Source: Candidatus Limnocylindria bacterium
GTDB taxonomy: Bacteria > Chloroflexota > Limnocylindria > QHBO01
Reading direction: 5' to 3'
DNA: 64,000 nucleotides
Assembly (NCBI GenBank): GCA_036274575.1
Contig: DASUFJ010000131.1
Span: forward strand, 4,262-68,261
A model generated the notes under the pieces. It was not told the DNA's origin. It searched no databases and worked only from the letters and a program-made list of their open reading frames with translations. Of the stretch, positions 17,288 through 25,540 are shown one piece after another; position 1 is the first letter of the stretch, and each line of letters starts with the position of its first letter. The position numbers and the translations under genes are program-made.

Positions 17288-17333
17288 CCATTCGTCCCAT
17301 CCGCGCCGGTTCCTGGCGTACGCTGCACCCGTC

Positions 17334-17418
17334 GCCGGAGTGGCGGAATGGCAGACGCAGCCGGCTTAAACCCGGCGGCCCGCAAGGCGTGGGGGTTCGA
17401 ATCCCTCCTCCGGCACCA
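17334..17418 (+). tRNA. tRNA-Leu (anticodon TAA)
   Basis: Acceptor GCCGGAG/CTCCGGC, anticodon stem GCCGG/CCGGC with loop CTTAAAC, long variable arm, TTCGAAT T-loop, encoded CCA. Confidence 0.9.
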
Positions 17419-17420
17419 GC

Positions 17421-18653
17421 TCAGCGGCGGCTGAAGATCCTGCGCCGCTCCTGCTTCCCAGCCACGGTCGGCTGCTCGATGCCGATGACGACCTGCGCGA
17501 TGCGTCGCATCGCGGCCGTGGTGGGGGACTGCGGCCGCCCCACCACGAGCGGAACGCCCTCGTTCACCGACCGGATCATGTCGACCTCGGTGTAGGGAAT
17601 CTCCGCGGCCGGCTTCGCCCTCAGCAGGTTCTCGACGTCGCGTGTCTTCAGCAGCTCCTTGGGGAAGACGTGGTTGATGACGATGTGTGTCCGAGCCTTG
17701 AGCGGGGTCGTGTCGGCCAGGAACGCCATGAGCAGGCTCATCGAGCGCAGGGCGGCAATCTCCGGGAAGAGGATGAAGACGTGCGCGTCGGCCTGCTCCA
17801 GGAGCCAGAGGCTTCGCGGGTCGAGGCGGCTGCCGAGGTCGACCAGGATGTGGTCGAACGACGGGCGCACGATCTCGACGATGCGCTGGAGGTGCTCGAG
17901 GGTGACCCGGAAGTCGGCCTCCGGCCGGGTCGGGGCGGCGAGGACGACGAGGCCCGACGAGTGGGTGGTCAGGTACGACCGGGCCAGCTCGGGATCGGCG
18001 AGCGCCTGGTCGTCGGTCGCCAGGCCGGCGACGTCATAGCGCGGCGAGAGGTTGAGATGCGTCGCGACCTGGCCGAACTGAAGGTCGAGGTCGATGAGCA
18101 GCACGCGCGACGCTGGCAGTGCGCCATTGCCGCCGGGGACGCTGCCCGGGGCGGGGCGAGGGCCGCCGCCTCCCGCCAGCAGGACGGCGGTGTTGACCGC
18201 CAGCGTCGTGGTCCCGACGCCGCCCTTCGGGCTGAAGAAGGCGACGATCTCGGCGATCCCGGTGCTCGACGCATCTGGGCGCACCTTGCCGGCGCGAATG
18301 AGGATCGCCATGACCCGACCCTCGAGCTCGTTGTGCGCGAACCCACCGGCGATGACGTCGTCGGCGCCGGCCTCCAGGAACGCGATGCGCGCCTCGACAT
18401 CGTGGGCCGGCGCCACGACCAGGATCGGCGTGACGTGGCCCTCGGAGGCGGTGCGCAACGAGGCGATCGCACCGGACGCGGCGAGGCCCTCGGCGACGAT
18501 GAGGTCGACGGCCTTTCCGCGCATTGAGGCAACGGCGTCGGCCGGAGTGGTGACCGACGTGGTGCGGTGGCCGGCCTCGGCCAGGGCCGCCTCGAGCTCG
18601 GAGCGGAGCTCCTCGCCGCGGGCGCAGATCAGGATTGAGGTCGCAGGAGGCAT
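17421..18653 (-). CDS. CpaE/TadZ-like ATPase: N-terminal pseudo-receiver domain plus MinD/ParA-type P-loop domain
   Basis: Deviant Walker A FFSPKGGVGTTTLAVNTA. The N-terminal CheY-like fold (ILICARGEE...VDLIVAEG...PILVVAP...GADDVIAGG) lacks the acidic pair and the conserved Lys. I prefer the start at MPPATSILI (18653). The ORF-track start at 18719 is the alternative. Confidence 0.7.
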   Translation of the reverse strand: MPPATSILICARGEELRSELEAALAEAGHRTTSVTTPADAVASMRGKAVDLIVAEGLAASGAIASLRTASEGHVTPILVVAPAHDVEARIAFLEAGADDVIAGGFAHNELEGRVMAILIRAGKVRPDASSTGIAEIVAFFSPKGGVGTTTLAVNTAVLLAGGGGPRPAPGSVPGGNGALPASRVLLIDLDLQFGQVATHLNLSPRYDVAGLATDDQALADPELARSYLTTHSSGLVVLAAPTRPEADFRVTLEHLQRIVEIVRPSFDHILVDLGSRLDPRSLWLLEQADAHVFILFPEIAALRSMSLLMAFLADTTPLKARTHIVINHVFPKELLKTRDVENLLRAKPAAEIPYTEVDMIRSVNEGVPLVVGRPQSPTTAAMRRIAQVVIGIEQPTVAGKQERRRIFSRR

Positions 18654-18733
18654 CGGTATTGGCAGCAATCGTTGGAGGATGGTGGAACCGGGGGAGTATA
18701 CGGCCAGCGTTGGCGGCATCGGTTCATGAGGGC

Positions 18734-18739
18734 TATACT
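18734..18739 (+). promoter_or_regulatory. Candidate -10 hexamer TATACT (GGCTATACT) for the rpsF-ssb-rpsR operon
   Basis: A copy of GCTATACT about 130 nt upstream of the rpsF ATG. Confidence 0.45.
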
Positions 18740-18746
18740 GCCGCTG

Positions 18747-18770
18747 ACGCCTCCCACCGTCGGGAGGCGT
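18747..18770 (+). promoter_or_regulatory. 5'-UTR hairpin of rpsF (candidate autoregulatory leader element)
   Basis: A 9-bp stem ACGCCTCCC/GGGAGGCGT with loop ACCGTC, immediately after the predicted transcription start. S6:S18-binding rpsF leaders are known in many bacteria, but I cannot verify the motif by eye. Confidence 0.3.
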
Positions 18771-18870
18771 GGTTCATGTCCCGTGTTCACTGGAATGGGC
18801 CCCTTTCTGCCGCGTCCGAGGCGCCTGCCGACGACGTCGCAACCCCAGAGAGAGGAGGACGACGCCCCGC

Positions 18871-19437
18871 ATGCGTCGCTACGAACTCATGCTCCTGCTC
18901 AGGCCGGACCTGGAGGACGACAAGCTCCAGGCGGCGGTCGAGAAGGTCACCCGCGCCATCGTCAACGGCGGTGGCAGCCTCAGCAAGGTCTCGCCGTGGG
19001 GCAAGCGCCGGCTGGCGTACGACATCGGCACCCACCGCGAGGCGAGCTACTTCCTCATCCACTTCGACATCGAGCCCTCGCAGGTCCGTGAGATCGAGCG
19101 CGGCATGCTCATCAGCGAGGAGATCCTGCGTCACCTCGTCACCGTGCTCGAGGAGCGCGGTCCGGCCGAGGACCTGCCTCCGGCCGCCGCACCGCGAACC
19201 GCCGAGGGGTCGGCCATGGCGTCGTCACAGGCCGAGGGGGCCGAAGATGGCTCGACGCCGTCCGATGGCGAGGCCGTTGCCGAAGCCGTTGACGAAGCCG
19301 TTGCCGAAGCCGTTGCCGAGGAGGTCCCCGCCGAGGAGACGGCCGATGCAGCCGACAGCGAGGCGGAGCCCACCGAAGAGACCGCAGCAGCCGTGGCCGG
19401 CGGTGAGCCGGTCGACGAGGAGCGCGCCGAGGGCTGA
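18871..19437 (+). CDS. rpsF: 30S ribosomal protein S6 with a long acidic C-terminal tail
   Basis: MRRYELMLLLRPDLEDDKLQAAVEKV...WGKRRLAYDI. ATG 18871 follows AGAGGAGGA. The listed ORF 18769.. is a 5' extension. Confidence 0.9.
   Translation: MRRYELMLLLRPDLEDDKLQAAVEKVTRAIVNGGGSLSKVSPWGKRRLAYDIGTHREASYFLIHFDIEPSQVREIERGMLISEEILRHLVTVLEERGPAEDLPPAAAPRTAEGSAMASSQAEGAEDGSTPSDGEAVAEAVDEAVAEAVAEEVPAEETADAADSEAEPTEETAAAVAGGEPVDEERAEG
19270..19317 (+). repeat. In-frame 12-nt tandem repeat x4 (GAR GCC GTT GMC, encoding EAVA/EAVD) inside the rpsF tail
   Basis: Read directly: gaggccgttgcc gaagccgttgac gaagccgttgcc gaagccgttgcc. Confidence 0.9.
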
Positions 19438-19464
19438 TTGCCGCCCGGCACAGGAGGAGCCGAC

Positions 19465-19935
19465 ATGACACTCAACAAGATGATGATCATCGGCAATCTC
19501 GGCGCGGACCCGGAGTTGCGCTACACGCCGAGCGGCAAGGCCGTGACCGACCTGCGCGTCGCCGTCAACAACAATCAGCGCGGTTCCGATGGCGAGTGGG
19601 TCGAGGAGACCCTCTGGTTCCGTGTCAGCGTCTGGGAGCAGGCGGCGGAACGGCTTGCCGAGCAGCTGCGCAAGGGAAACAAGGTCTTCGCCGAGGGACA
19701 GCTCCGCGTCCGCGAGTTCGAGGGTCGCGACGGCGAGAAGCGCCAGTCGCTCGAGCTCGCGTTCGCGCGGGTCGTCAACCTCGAGCGCCGTCCGCGCGAC
19801 GAGGACGGCGGCAGTGGCGGCGGTGGGGGAGGCGCGACCTACGACGACGCACCCCCGGCCGTCAAACCTCGCGGCGCCCCGCAGCGCTCCTCCGCCCCCG
19901 GCGAGGAGATGGACGTCGACGACATTCCCTTCTAG
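19465..19935 (+). CDS. ssb: Single-stranded DNA-binding protein
   Basis: MTLNKMMIIGNLGADPELRYTPSGKAVTDLRVAVNN, a Gly-rich linker and a C-terminal DDIPF tip. AGGAGG lies upstream. Confidence 0.9.
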   Translation: MTLNKMMIIGNLGADPELRYTPSGKAVTDLRVAVNNNQRGSDGEWVEETLWFRVSVWEQAAERLAEQLRKGNKVFAEGQLRVREFEGRDGEKRQSLELAFARVVNLERRPRDEDGGSGGGGGGATYDDAPPAVKPRGAPQRSSAPGEEMDVDDIPF

Positions 19936-19965
19936 CAACAACGATTTCGAGGAACCAACGCACCG

Positions 19966-20235
19966 ATGGCAAGCCCGCGATCCCGCCGCGAGTCGGCGGA
20001 CTACTACCGCGACCGGCGCCGGCGCAAGGTCTGCAACTTCTGCGTCGACAAGGCCGAGAGCATCGACTACAAGGAGGTCAACCGCCTCCGGCGCTACCTG
20101 AGCGAGCGAGCGAAGATCGAGCCGCGTCGCAAGACCGGCACCTGCGCCCGTCACCAGCGCATGCTGACGACCGCGCTGAAGCGCGCGCGCCACGTCGCGC
20201 TCCTGCCCTACGCTCCCCAGCACCTCCGGCCGTAG
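19966..20235 (+). CDS. rpsR: 30S ribosomal protein S18
   Basis: [60 protein letters not shown]. Confidence 0.9.
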   Translation: MASPRSRRESADYYRDRRRRKVCNFCVDKAESIDYKEVNRLRRYLSERAKIEPRRKTGTCARHQRMLTTALKRARHVALLPYAPQHLRP

Positions 20236-20269
20236 TCCGGCCCCCACGCCTGGCAGCCGGAGGGGCTAG

Positions 20270-21076
20270 GTGCCGACCGACCTCCTCCTGCTGCTGAGCG
20301 GCGTGGCCGCGGGCGCCTTCGGCGCCCTGCTGGGCCTGGGCGGCGGGATCCTCATCGTCCCGATCCTGACGCTCGGGTTCGGGCTGCCGCTCAGCGCGGC
20401 GGTCGGCACCAGCCTCGTGTCAGTCATCGCCACCTCGACCGGAGCGGCGGCCCTCAACGTGCGCGCCGGCCGCGCCGATGTCCGGCTGGGCATCACCCTG
20501 GGCGTCGGTACGGTGGTCGGCGCTCTGACCGGCGGTCTCGTTGCCGGCCTCCTGCCGGAGCGCGTCCTCGCCGGCCTCTTCGCCGCCCTCCTCGTCTATA
20601 CCGGTTTCACCATGCTCCGCGGGCTGCGGAGAGGGATGGACGAGAGCGCCACGGAAACCGTGGATCCTGCCGCGCCGGACGGGCCGGAGGCCCCCGCCTA
20701 CCGGAGCCGGCGACTGCCATTGGCCGTCGGGGGATCCTTCCTGGCGGGCAACGTCTCGGGGCTGCTGGGCGTCGGCGGCGGGGTCGTCACCGTGCCGCTG
20801 GTCCATCTCGTCATGGGGGCGCCGATGCGGGTCGCCGTGACCACCTCGAACTACATGATCGGCATCACCGCCGCGGCCGGCGCCTACACGTACCTCTTCC
20901 GAGGCGACCTCGATCCGCGGCAGGCGGCGCCGATGGTCCTCGGCGTCGCAGGCGGCGCCGCGCTCGGCGCCCTTGCCGGGACCCGCTTCAGGACGAGCTG
21001 GCTCATCGTCCTGTTCGTGATCGTCCTGGGCTACGTCGCCTTCGAGATGGCGATGCGAGCGTTGGCGCCGGCATGA
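20270..21076 (+). CDS. TauE/SafE (DUF81) family anion exporter membrane protein
   Basis: Polytopic, with the duplicated LLGLGGGILIVPIL and LLGVGGGVVTVPLV signatures of DUF81. Confidence 0.75.
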   Translation: MPTDLLLLLSGVAAGAFGALLGLGGGILIVPILTLGFGLPLSAAVGTSLVSVIATSTGAAALNVRAGRADVRLGITLGVGTVVGALTGGLVAGLLPERVLAGLFAALLVYTGFTMLRGLRRGMDESATETVDPAAPDGPEAPAYRSRRLPLAVGGSFLAGNVSGLLGVGGGVVTVPLVHLVMGAPMRVAVTTSNYMIGITAAAGAYTYLFRGDLDPRQAAPMVLGVAGGAALGALAGTRFRTSWLIVLFVIVLGYVAFEMAMRALAPA

Positions 21077-21420
21077 CCCGCAGCCGCGATCTTCGCGACA
21101 TCGGGCCGCCGATCGCCCGCACCCTGCGCATCGGGACCCTGCTGGCCGTCGCCTGCATAGGCGCCGGCTACGTCCTCGAGGCGCTCACCGGCCAGTCGGC
21201 GACCGGTTCGATCATCGAGCTCATCGCCAATGGGGGAGTCGGCGCGCTCATCGGCCTTGGGTTCCTCACCCTCACTTTCACCCCCCTTGTGGCAGTGGCC
21301 GTCGCCGCGGTGCTCCTCGCGCAGCGAAGGGAGCGCGGTCGGGCCCTGGCCGCATCCCTGGCCTTCGGGCTGCTCCTCGCCAGCCTGTTCGCCGCGGCCC
21401 TGCTGGGCAGGTCGAGTTGA
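21073..21420 (+). CDS. Small membrane protein, DUF1634-like (usual partner of DUF81)
   Basis: 115 aa with 3-4 TM helices and an ATGA overlap with the TauE gene. The family assignment rests on context and topology only. Confidence 0.5.
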   Translation: MTRSRDLRDIGPPIARTLRIGTLLAVACIGAGYVLEALTGQSATGSIIELIANGGVGALIGLGFLTLTFTPLVAVAVAAVLLAQRRERGRALAASLAFGLLLASLFAAALLGRSS

Positions 21421-21454
21421 CCGGCCCGGGCAGGGTCGGCGACACTCGGCCGGC

Positions 21455-21555
21455 CCGAAGGGGAGTATCCCCTGCAGTTGCCATCGTCAGGACGGCGGGT
21501 CCAATCCGCCCGGTGGCACCGGCCGCGCGCTGCGTCGGTCGGGAGAGACCTTCGG
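21455..21555 (+). promoter_or_regulatory. Candidate yybP-ykoY (Mn2+) riboswitch aptamer
   Basis: About 100 nt closed by a 7-bp P1 stem, CCGAAGG (21455-21461) with CCTTCGG (21549-21555). GGGGAGTA follows the 5' strand and GGGAGAGACC precedes the 3' strand. These are the two most conserved yybP-ykoY blocks as I recall them (compare the L. lactis aptamer AAAGGGGAGUAGC...AGCAAGACCUUUCC). Internal helices TGCCATC/GGTGGCA and GGCGG/CCGCC are present. Confidence 0.65.
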
Positions 21556-21619
21556 ACACGCCTGTGATCGCGCCGATCGGCGCGGTCGAGGCCGTCAACC
21601 GAGGTTAGGCACCCTTCCT

Positions 21620-22741
21620 GTGGATATCGTCCTGCTCATCGGCTCGCTCGCGGTCATCCTGGTGGCGGCGGAGCTGTTCACCAACGGCATCGAGTGGGTC
21701 GGGCGCAAGCTCAACCTGGCCGAGGGAGCGGTCGGCAGCGTGCTCGCCGCCGTCGCGACGGCGATGCCGGAGACCCTCATTCCGATCATCGCGATCCTCG
21801 GTCCGCTTGTCCTCGGCGGCGAGGCCAACCCGAACGCGCAGGCGGTCGGCGTCGGCGCCATCCTGGGCGCCCCGTTCATGCTCTCGACGCTCGCGATGTT
21901 CGTGACCGGCACCGCAATCGTGATCTACACGTGGCGCGGCCGACGCGGGACGGCGATGCGCGTCAATCCCACGATCCTGGGACGCGACGTCGGGTTCTTC
22001 ATCCTCGGGTACGGGATCGCCATCGGCACCGCCTTCCTGCCGGCGGACCTGGACTGGCTGAAATGGGTCGCCGCGGTCGTGCTGATCGGGCTGTACGCGG
22101 TCTACGTCTGGTTCCACTTCCGCGACGATCCGGAGTCGGAGGGTGAGTCGGAGGAGCTCGCCCGGCTGCACCTCACACGGGTCCCCGGGCTCGACACCAG
22201 CCGCACGCTCGAGCTCGACGTGTTCCCCGGCGAGCACTCGTTCGTCGGCCCGGAGCCGAAGATGCCAATCGTCGTGGCCCAGGTCGCCCTGGCCCTGGCG
22301 CTCATCGTGGTCGGCGCCCAGGTCTTCGTCGGAGCCGTCGACCACCTCTCGACGGTCATCGGGCTGGATCCGACGATCCTGGCCCTGATCATCGCTCCGA
22401 TCGCCACCGAGCTACCCGAGAAGTTCAACAGCGTCCTCTGGGTCCGCAACGGCAAGGACACCTTGGCCATGGGCAACATCACCGGTGCGATGGTGTTTCA
22501 GAGCGCCGTGCCCACCGTCCTCGGGCTGCTCTTCACGCCGTGGGCCTTCAGCCAGGACACGCTCATCTATTTCGCCTCGGCGGGCGTCGCCTTCGCGTCG
22601 ACCATCCTCATCTTCGGCGGCATGCTGCTCCGTGGCCGGCTATCTGCATGGACGCTCCTCATCGGTGGGCCGTTCTACCTCGTTTATGTCTATCTGGCGC
22701 TCTTCACGCCGCTCGGCCTGGCTGCCCCGCCGGCCCATTGA
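21620..22741 (+). CDS. CaCA-family cation antiporter (YrbG-like Na+/Ca2+ exchanger family)
   Basis: Two alpha-repeat signatures, GSVLAAVATAMPETLIPIIA and IAPIATELPEKFNSVLW, in about 10 TM segments. I chose GTG 21620 as the start. The listed ORF 21230.. runs through the riboswitch and is too long. Confidence 0.75.
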   Translation: MDIVLLIGSLAVILVAAELFTNGIEWVGRKLNLAEGAVGSVLAAVATAMPETLIPIIAILGPLVLGGEANPNAQAVGVGAILGAPFMLSTLAMFVTGTAIVIYTWRGRRGTAMRVNPTILGRDVGFFILGYGIAIGTAFLPADLDWLKWVAAVVLIGLYAVYVWFHFRDDPESEGESEELARLHLTRVPGLDTSRTLELDVFPGEHSFVGPEPKMPIVVAQVALALALIVVGAQVFVGAVDHLSTVIGLDPTILALIIAPIATELPEKFNSVLWVRNGKDTLAMGNITGAMVFQSAVPTVLGLLFTPWAFSQDTLIYFASAGVAFASTILIFGGMLLRGRLSAWTLLIGGPFYLVYVYLALFTPLGLAAPPAH

Positions 22742-22802
22742 ATGCGTCCCACTGATTCCGCAACCGAATCACCCAATCGGGCGTCAGGTAGTGCCGGAGC
22801 CG

Positions 22803-22808
22803 TATACT
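22803..22808 (+). promoter_or_regulatory. Candidate -10 hexamer TATACT upstream of ilvE
   Basis: An AT-rich hexamer 45 nt before GTG 22854. AGGAGG lies at 22843-22848. Confidence 0.4.
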
Positions 22809-22853
22809 TCGGCCGGCGCCACACGTGCCATGGCGATCGCTTAGGAGGCCAAC

Positions 22854-23816
22854 GTGCTGAAGCAGGAGAGTCGACCGCAAACAGCGCCGGTGGAGACCAC
22901 CACCGACCTGTGGGCGTTCTTCCGGGGGGAGTTCGTTCCGCTCCGCGAGGCGAACATCAACGTCATGACGCACGGCTTCAACTACGGGACGGCCGTCTTC
23001 GAGGGGATCCGGGCCTACTGGAACGCCGACGAGGAGCAGCTCTTCGGCCTCGAGCTCGTACCCCACTTCGAGCGGATTCACCGCTCAGCCCGCCTCCTCA
23101 TGATGGAGGTCCGCCAGTCACCCCAGGAGCTCGCCGAGATCACCGTCGAGCTCCTTCGTCGTGATGGGCTGCGCGAGGACGCCTACATCCGACCGATCGT
23201 CTACAAGAGCTCGGAGACGATCGGAGTCCGCCTCCACAACCTGGATGCCGACATCACGATCTTCGCGGTCCCGTTCGGCCAGTACATCGACACCGAGGGC
23301 GGGGTGCGGGCCCAGGTCAGCAGCTGGCGCCGGACCGATGACAACGCCATCCCGGCGCGCGGCAAGATCACGGGCGCCTACGTGAACGGCGCGCTGGCGA
23401 AGACGGAGGCGCAGCTCAACGGCTACGACGAGGGGATCGTGCTCACTGCCGACGGCCACGTCAGCGAGGGCAGCGCGGAGAACCTGTTCCTCGTGAAGGA
23501 CGGCATCCTCCTCACGCCACCCATCACCGACAACATCCTCGAGGGCATCACGCGTGGCCGGCTCATGGCCATGGCGCGCGAGGAGTTCGGCGTCGAAGTC
23601 GTCGTCCGCTCGATCGATCGCACGGAGCTCTACACTGCGGATGAGGTATTCCTCTGCGGCACCGGAGCGCAGCTCAGCCCGGTGATCGAGATCGACCACC
23701 GGACCATCGGGAACGGTCGTCCGGGGCCGATCTCCCGGGACCTCGCGCGCACCTACTTCGAAGCGGTACGGGGCAAGCTTCCGGCGTACCGCGACTGGCT
23801 GACCCCCGTCTACTGA
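22854..23816 (+). CDS. ilvE: Branched-chain amino acid aminotransferase
   Basis: FNYGTAVFEGIRAY, EGSAENLFLV and the overall class IV aminotransferase pattern. Confidence 0.9.
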   Translation: MLKQESRPQTAPVETTTDLWAFFRGEFVPLREANINVMTHGFNYGTAVFEGIRAYWNADEEQLFGLELVPHFERIHRSARLLMMEVRQSPQELAEITVELLRRDGLREDAYIRPIVYKSSETIGVRLHNLDADITIFAVPFGQYIDTEGGVRAQVSSWRRTDDNAIPARGKITGAYVNGALAKTEAQLNGYDEGIVLTADGHVSEGSAENLFLVKDGILLTPPITDNILEGITRGRLMAMAREEFGVEVVVRSIDRTELYTADEVFLCGTGAQLSPVIEIDHRTIGNGRPGPISRDLARTYFEAVRGKLPAYRDWLTPVY

Positions 23817-23875
23817 TCGGGGGGCGCGGCGGATCGGCATCGTCGCCACCGGCCGCGGGGCCGGACAGGCGAACG

Positions 23876-25537
23876 ATGACGACGACAGACAACCGCGAAC
23901 GCTATCGATGGCTCGGGCGAACGCTCGAGATGGTGCCGGGCATCATCTCCTGGGCCATCCTCATCCTGCCCCTGTGGCTGAGCTTCAGCTATCCGCAGCT
24001 CGTCGCCTACTTCGTCCTCAGCTTCAACTTCTACTGGCTGTGCCGCGCTCTCTGGTTCGCCGTTGCGGTGATCGTCGCCTATCGGCGCATCCGTCGCGTC
24101 CAGCGAGTCGATTGGACCGATCGGCTGGCCGGGCTGGCCGATCCCGCGGCGCGGCGCGCCCTCCTCGAGTCGCGGATCCCGCGCGGCGGTGATGTCCCTC
24201 GCGGGGCGCTGGGCATCGCGGCGGGGGTCGCCCGCCCGGCCGGTGACCGTCGGGCGCTTGTCGAGGAGATCGCGGCGCTGCGCGCGGTCGAGGCCATGGA
24301 CGAGCCGCCTCCGCGGGTCGAGGACCTGATCCACCTGGCGCTCATCCCGACCTACACCGAGCCGCTCGAGAAGCTGTGGCACACGGTCAAGGCGCTGGCC
24401 GATGCCGACTGGCCGAAGGAGCGGAAGATCTGCGCGATCATCACCCGCGAGACCGATGCCGGCGGCATCCAGAACGTGGCGACGCTGCGCCAGGAGTTCG
24501 GTGAGGCCTTTGCCGAGTTCATCCACATCCTCGACCCACTCGAGCCGGGGATCGTCGTCGGCAAGAGCAGCGCCATGGCGTGGGGAGGCAAGCACCTGTA
24601 TCGCTATCTCGTGCGCGAGAAGGGGATGGACCCGCGCCGCATCATCGTCACCGACCTCGACTCCGACTTCCGGGTGCACCCGTCGTACTTCGCCTACCTG
24701 TCGTGGGTGCATCTGACCGATGCGAACCGCGAGACTCAGCTCTACCAGCCGATCCCGTACCTCCACAACAACATCTGGCAGGCGCCGGTGCTGCAGCGGC
24801 TGTTCGCTGCCGTCCTCACTCAGCTCCAGATGTGGCGCAGCGTCCTGCCGGAGAAGCTCGTGAGCTTCAGCTCGTACTCGACGACGCTGAACATGATCCA
24901 CGAGGTGGGCTACTGGGCCACGGATGCGATCCCCGAGGACAGCCGTTTCTACTGGAAGAGCTACTTCCGCTACGGCGAGAGGTTCCGTGCCGTCCCGCTG
25001 TTCATCCCGATCTACGGCGACGCCGTCCGCGCCCGCACCTACTGGCGCACCATGGCCGAGCAGTACCTCCAGGCGCGACGCTGGGCCTGGGGCGTGACCG
25101 ACATCCCCTTCGTCATCGAGAACGCGATCGTTCACACCGAGATCCCGTTCTGGTCCCGGGCCTGGCGGATCCTCAACCTCTTCGGGGAGCACATCAACTG
25201 GGCCATCGCGCCCTTCGTCCTCACCTTCGGCGCCGCGGTGCCGCTGCTCATCAACCCGGCATTCGCGGAGACGACGCTGGGTCAGAACCTCCCGCTCTAC
25301 GCCAGCGTGATGCTGACGATGGGCATCGTCAGCCTCATGGTGCTGGTCGTGGTCGAGCACCTCATCGTCCCGCCGCGACCCCGTGAGTGGGGGCCGATCC
25401 AGCGCGCCATCAGCTACGCGCAGTGGCTCGCCCTCCCCTTCGTGGGCATCATCTTCAGCTGCCTTCCCGCGCTCGACGCCCAGACCCGCCTGCTCACCGG
25501 GCGCTACCTCGAGTACCGCGTCACCGAGAAGGCCTGA
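23876..25537 (+). CDS. Membrane-embedded family-2 glycosyltransferase with processive-synthase motifs
   Basis: N-terminal TM helices, then LIPTYTEP, TDLDSDF (DxD), IPEDSRFYWK (TED-like) and QARRWAWG (QxxRW), followed by several C-terminal TM helices. Confidence 0.7.
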   Translation: MTTTDNRERYRWLGRTLEMVPGIISWAILILPLWLSFSYPQLVAYFVLSFNFYWLCRALWFAVAVIVAYRRIRRVQRVDWTDRLAGLADPAARRALLESRIPRGGDVPRGALGIAAGVARPAGDRRALVEEIAALRAVEAMDEPPPRVEDLIHLALIPTYTEPLEKLWHTVKALADADWPKERKICAIITRETDAGGIQNVATLRQEFGEAFAEFIHILDPLEPGIVVGKSSAMAWGGKHLYRYLVREKGMDPRRIIVTDLDSDFRVHPSYFAYLSWVHLTDANRETQLYQPIPYLHNNIWQAPVLQRLFAAVLTQLQMWRSVLPEKLVSFSSYSTTLNMIHEVGYWATDAIPEDSRFYWKSYFRYGERFRAVPLFIPIYGDAVRARTYWRTMAEQYLQARRWAWGVTDIPFVIENAIVHTEIPFWSRAWRILNLFGEHINWAIAPFVLTFGAAVPLLINPAFAETTLGQNLPLYASVMLTMGIVSLMVLVVVEHLIVPPRPREWGPIQRAISYAQWLALPFVGIIFSCLPALDAQTRLLTGRYLEYRVTEKA

Positions 25538-25540
25538 CCC

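Noticed and set aside
13758-17333. Calling the islet a bona fide integrative element or genomic island
   Set aside because: I could find no integrase, recombinase, transposase or direct repeat of the tRNA-Cys 3' end by eye. I report it only as a compositionally distinct accessory segment.
21568-21589. Palindrome GATCGCGCCGATCGGCGCGGTC downstream of the riboswitch as an intrinsic terminator
   Set aside because: No U-tract follows it. It may be part of the expression platform, but I cannot call it a terminator.
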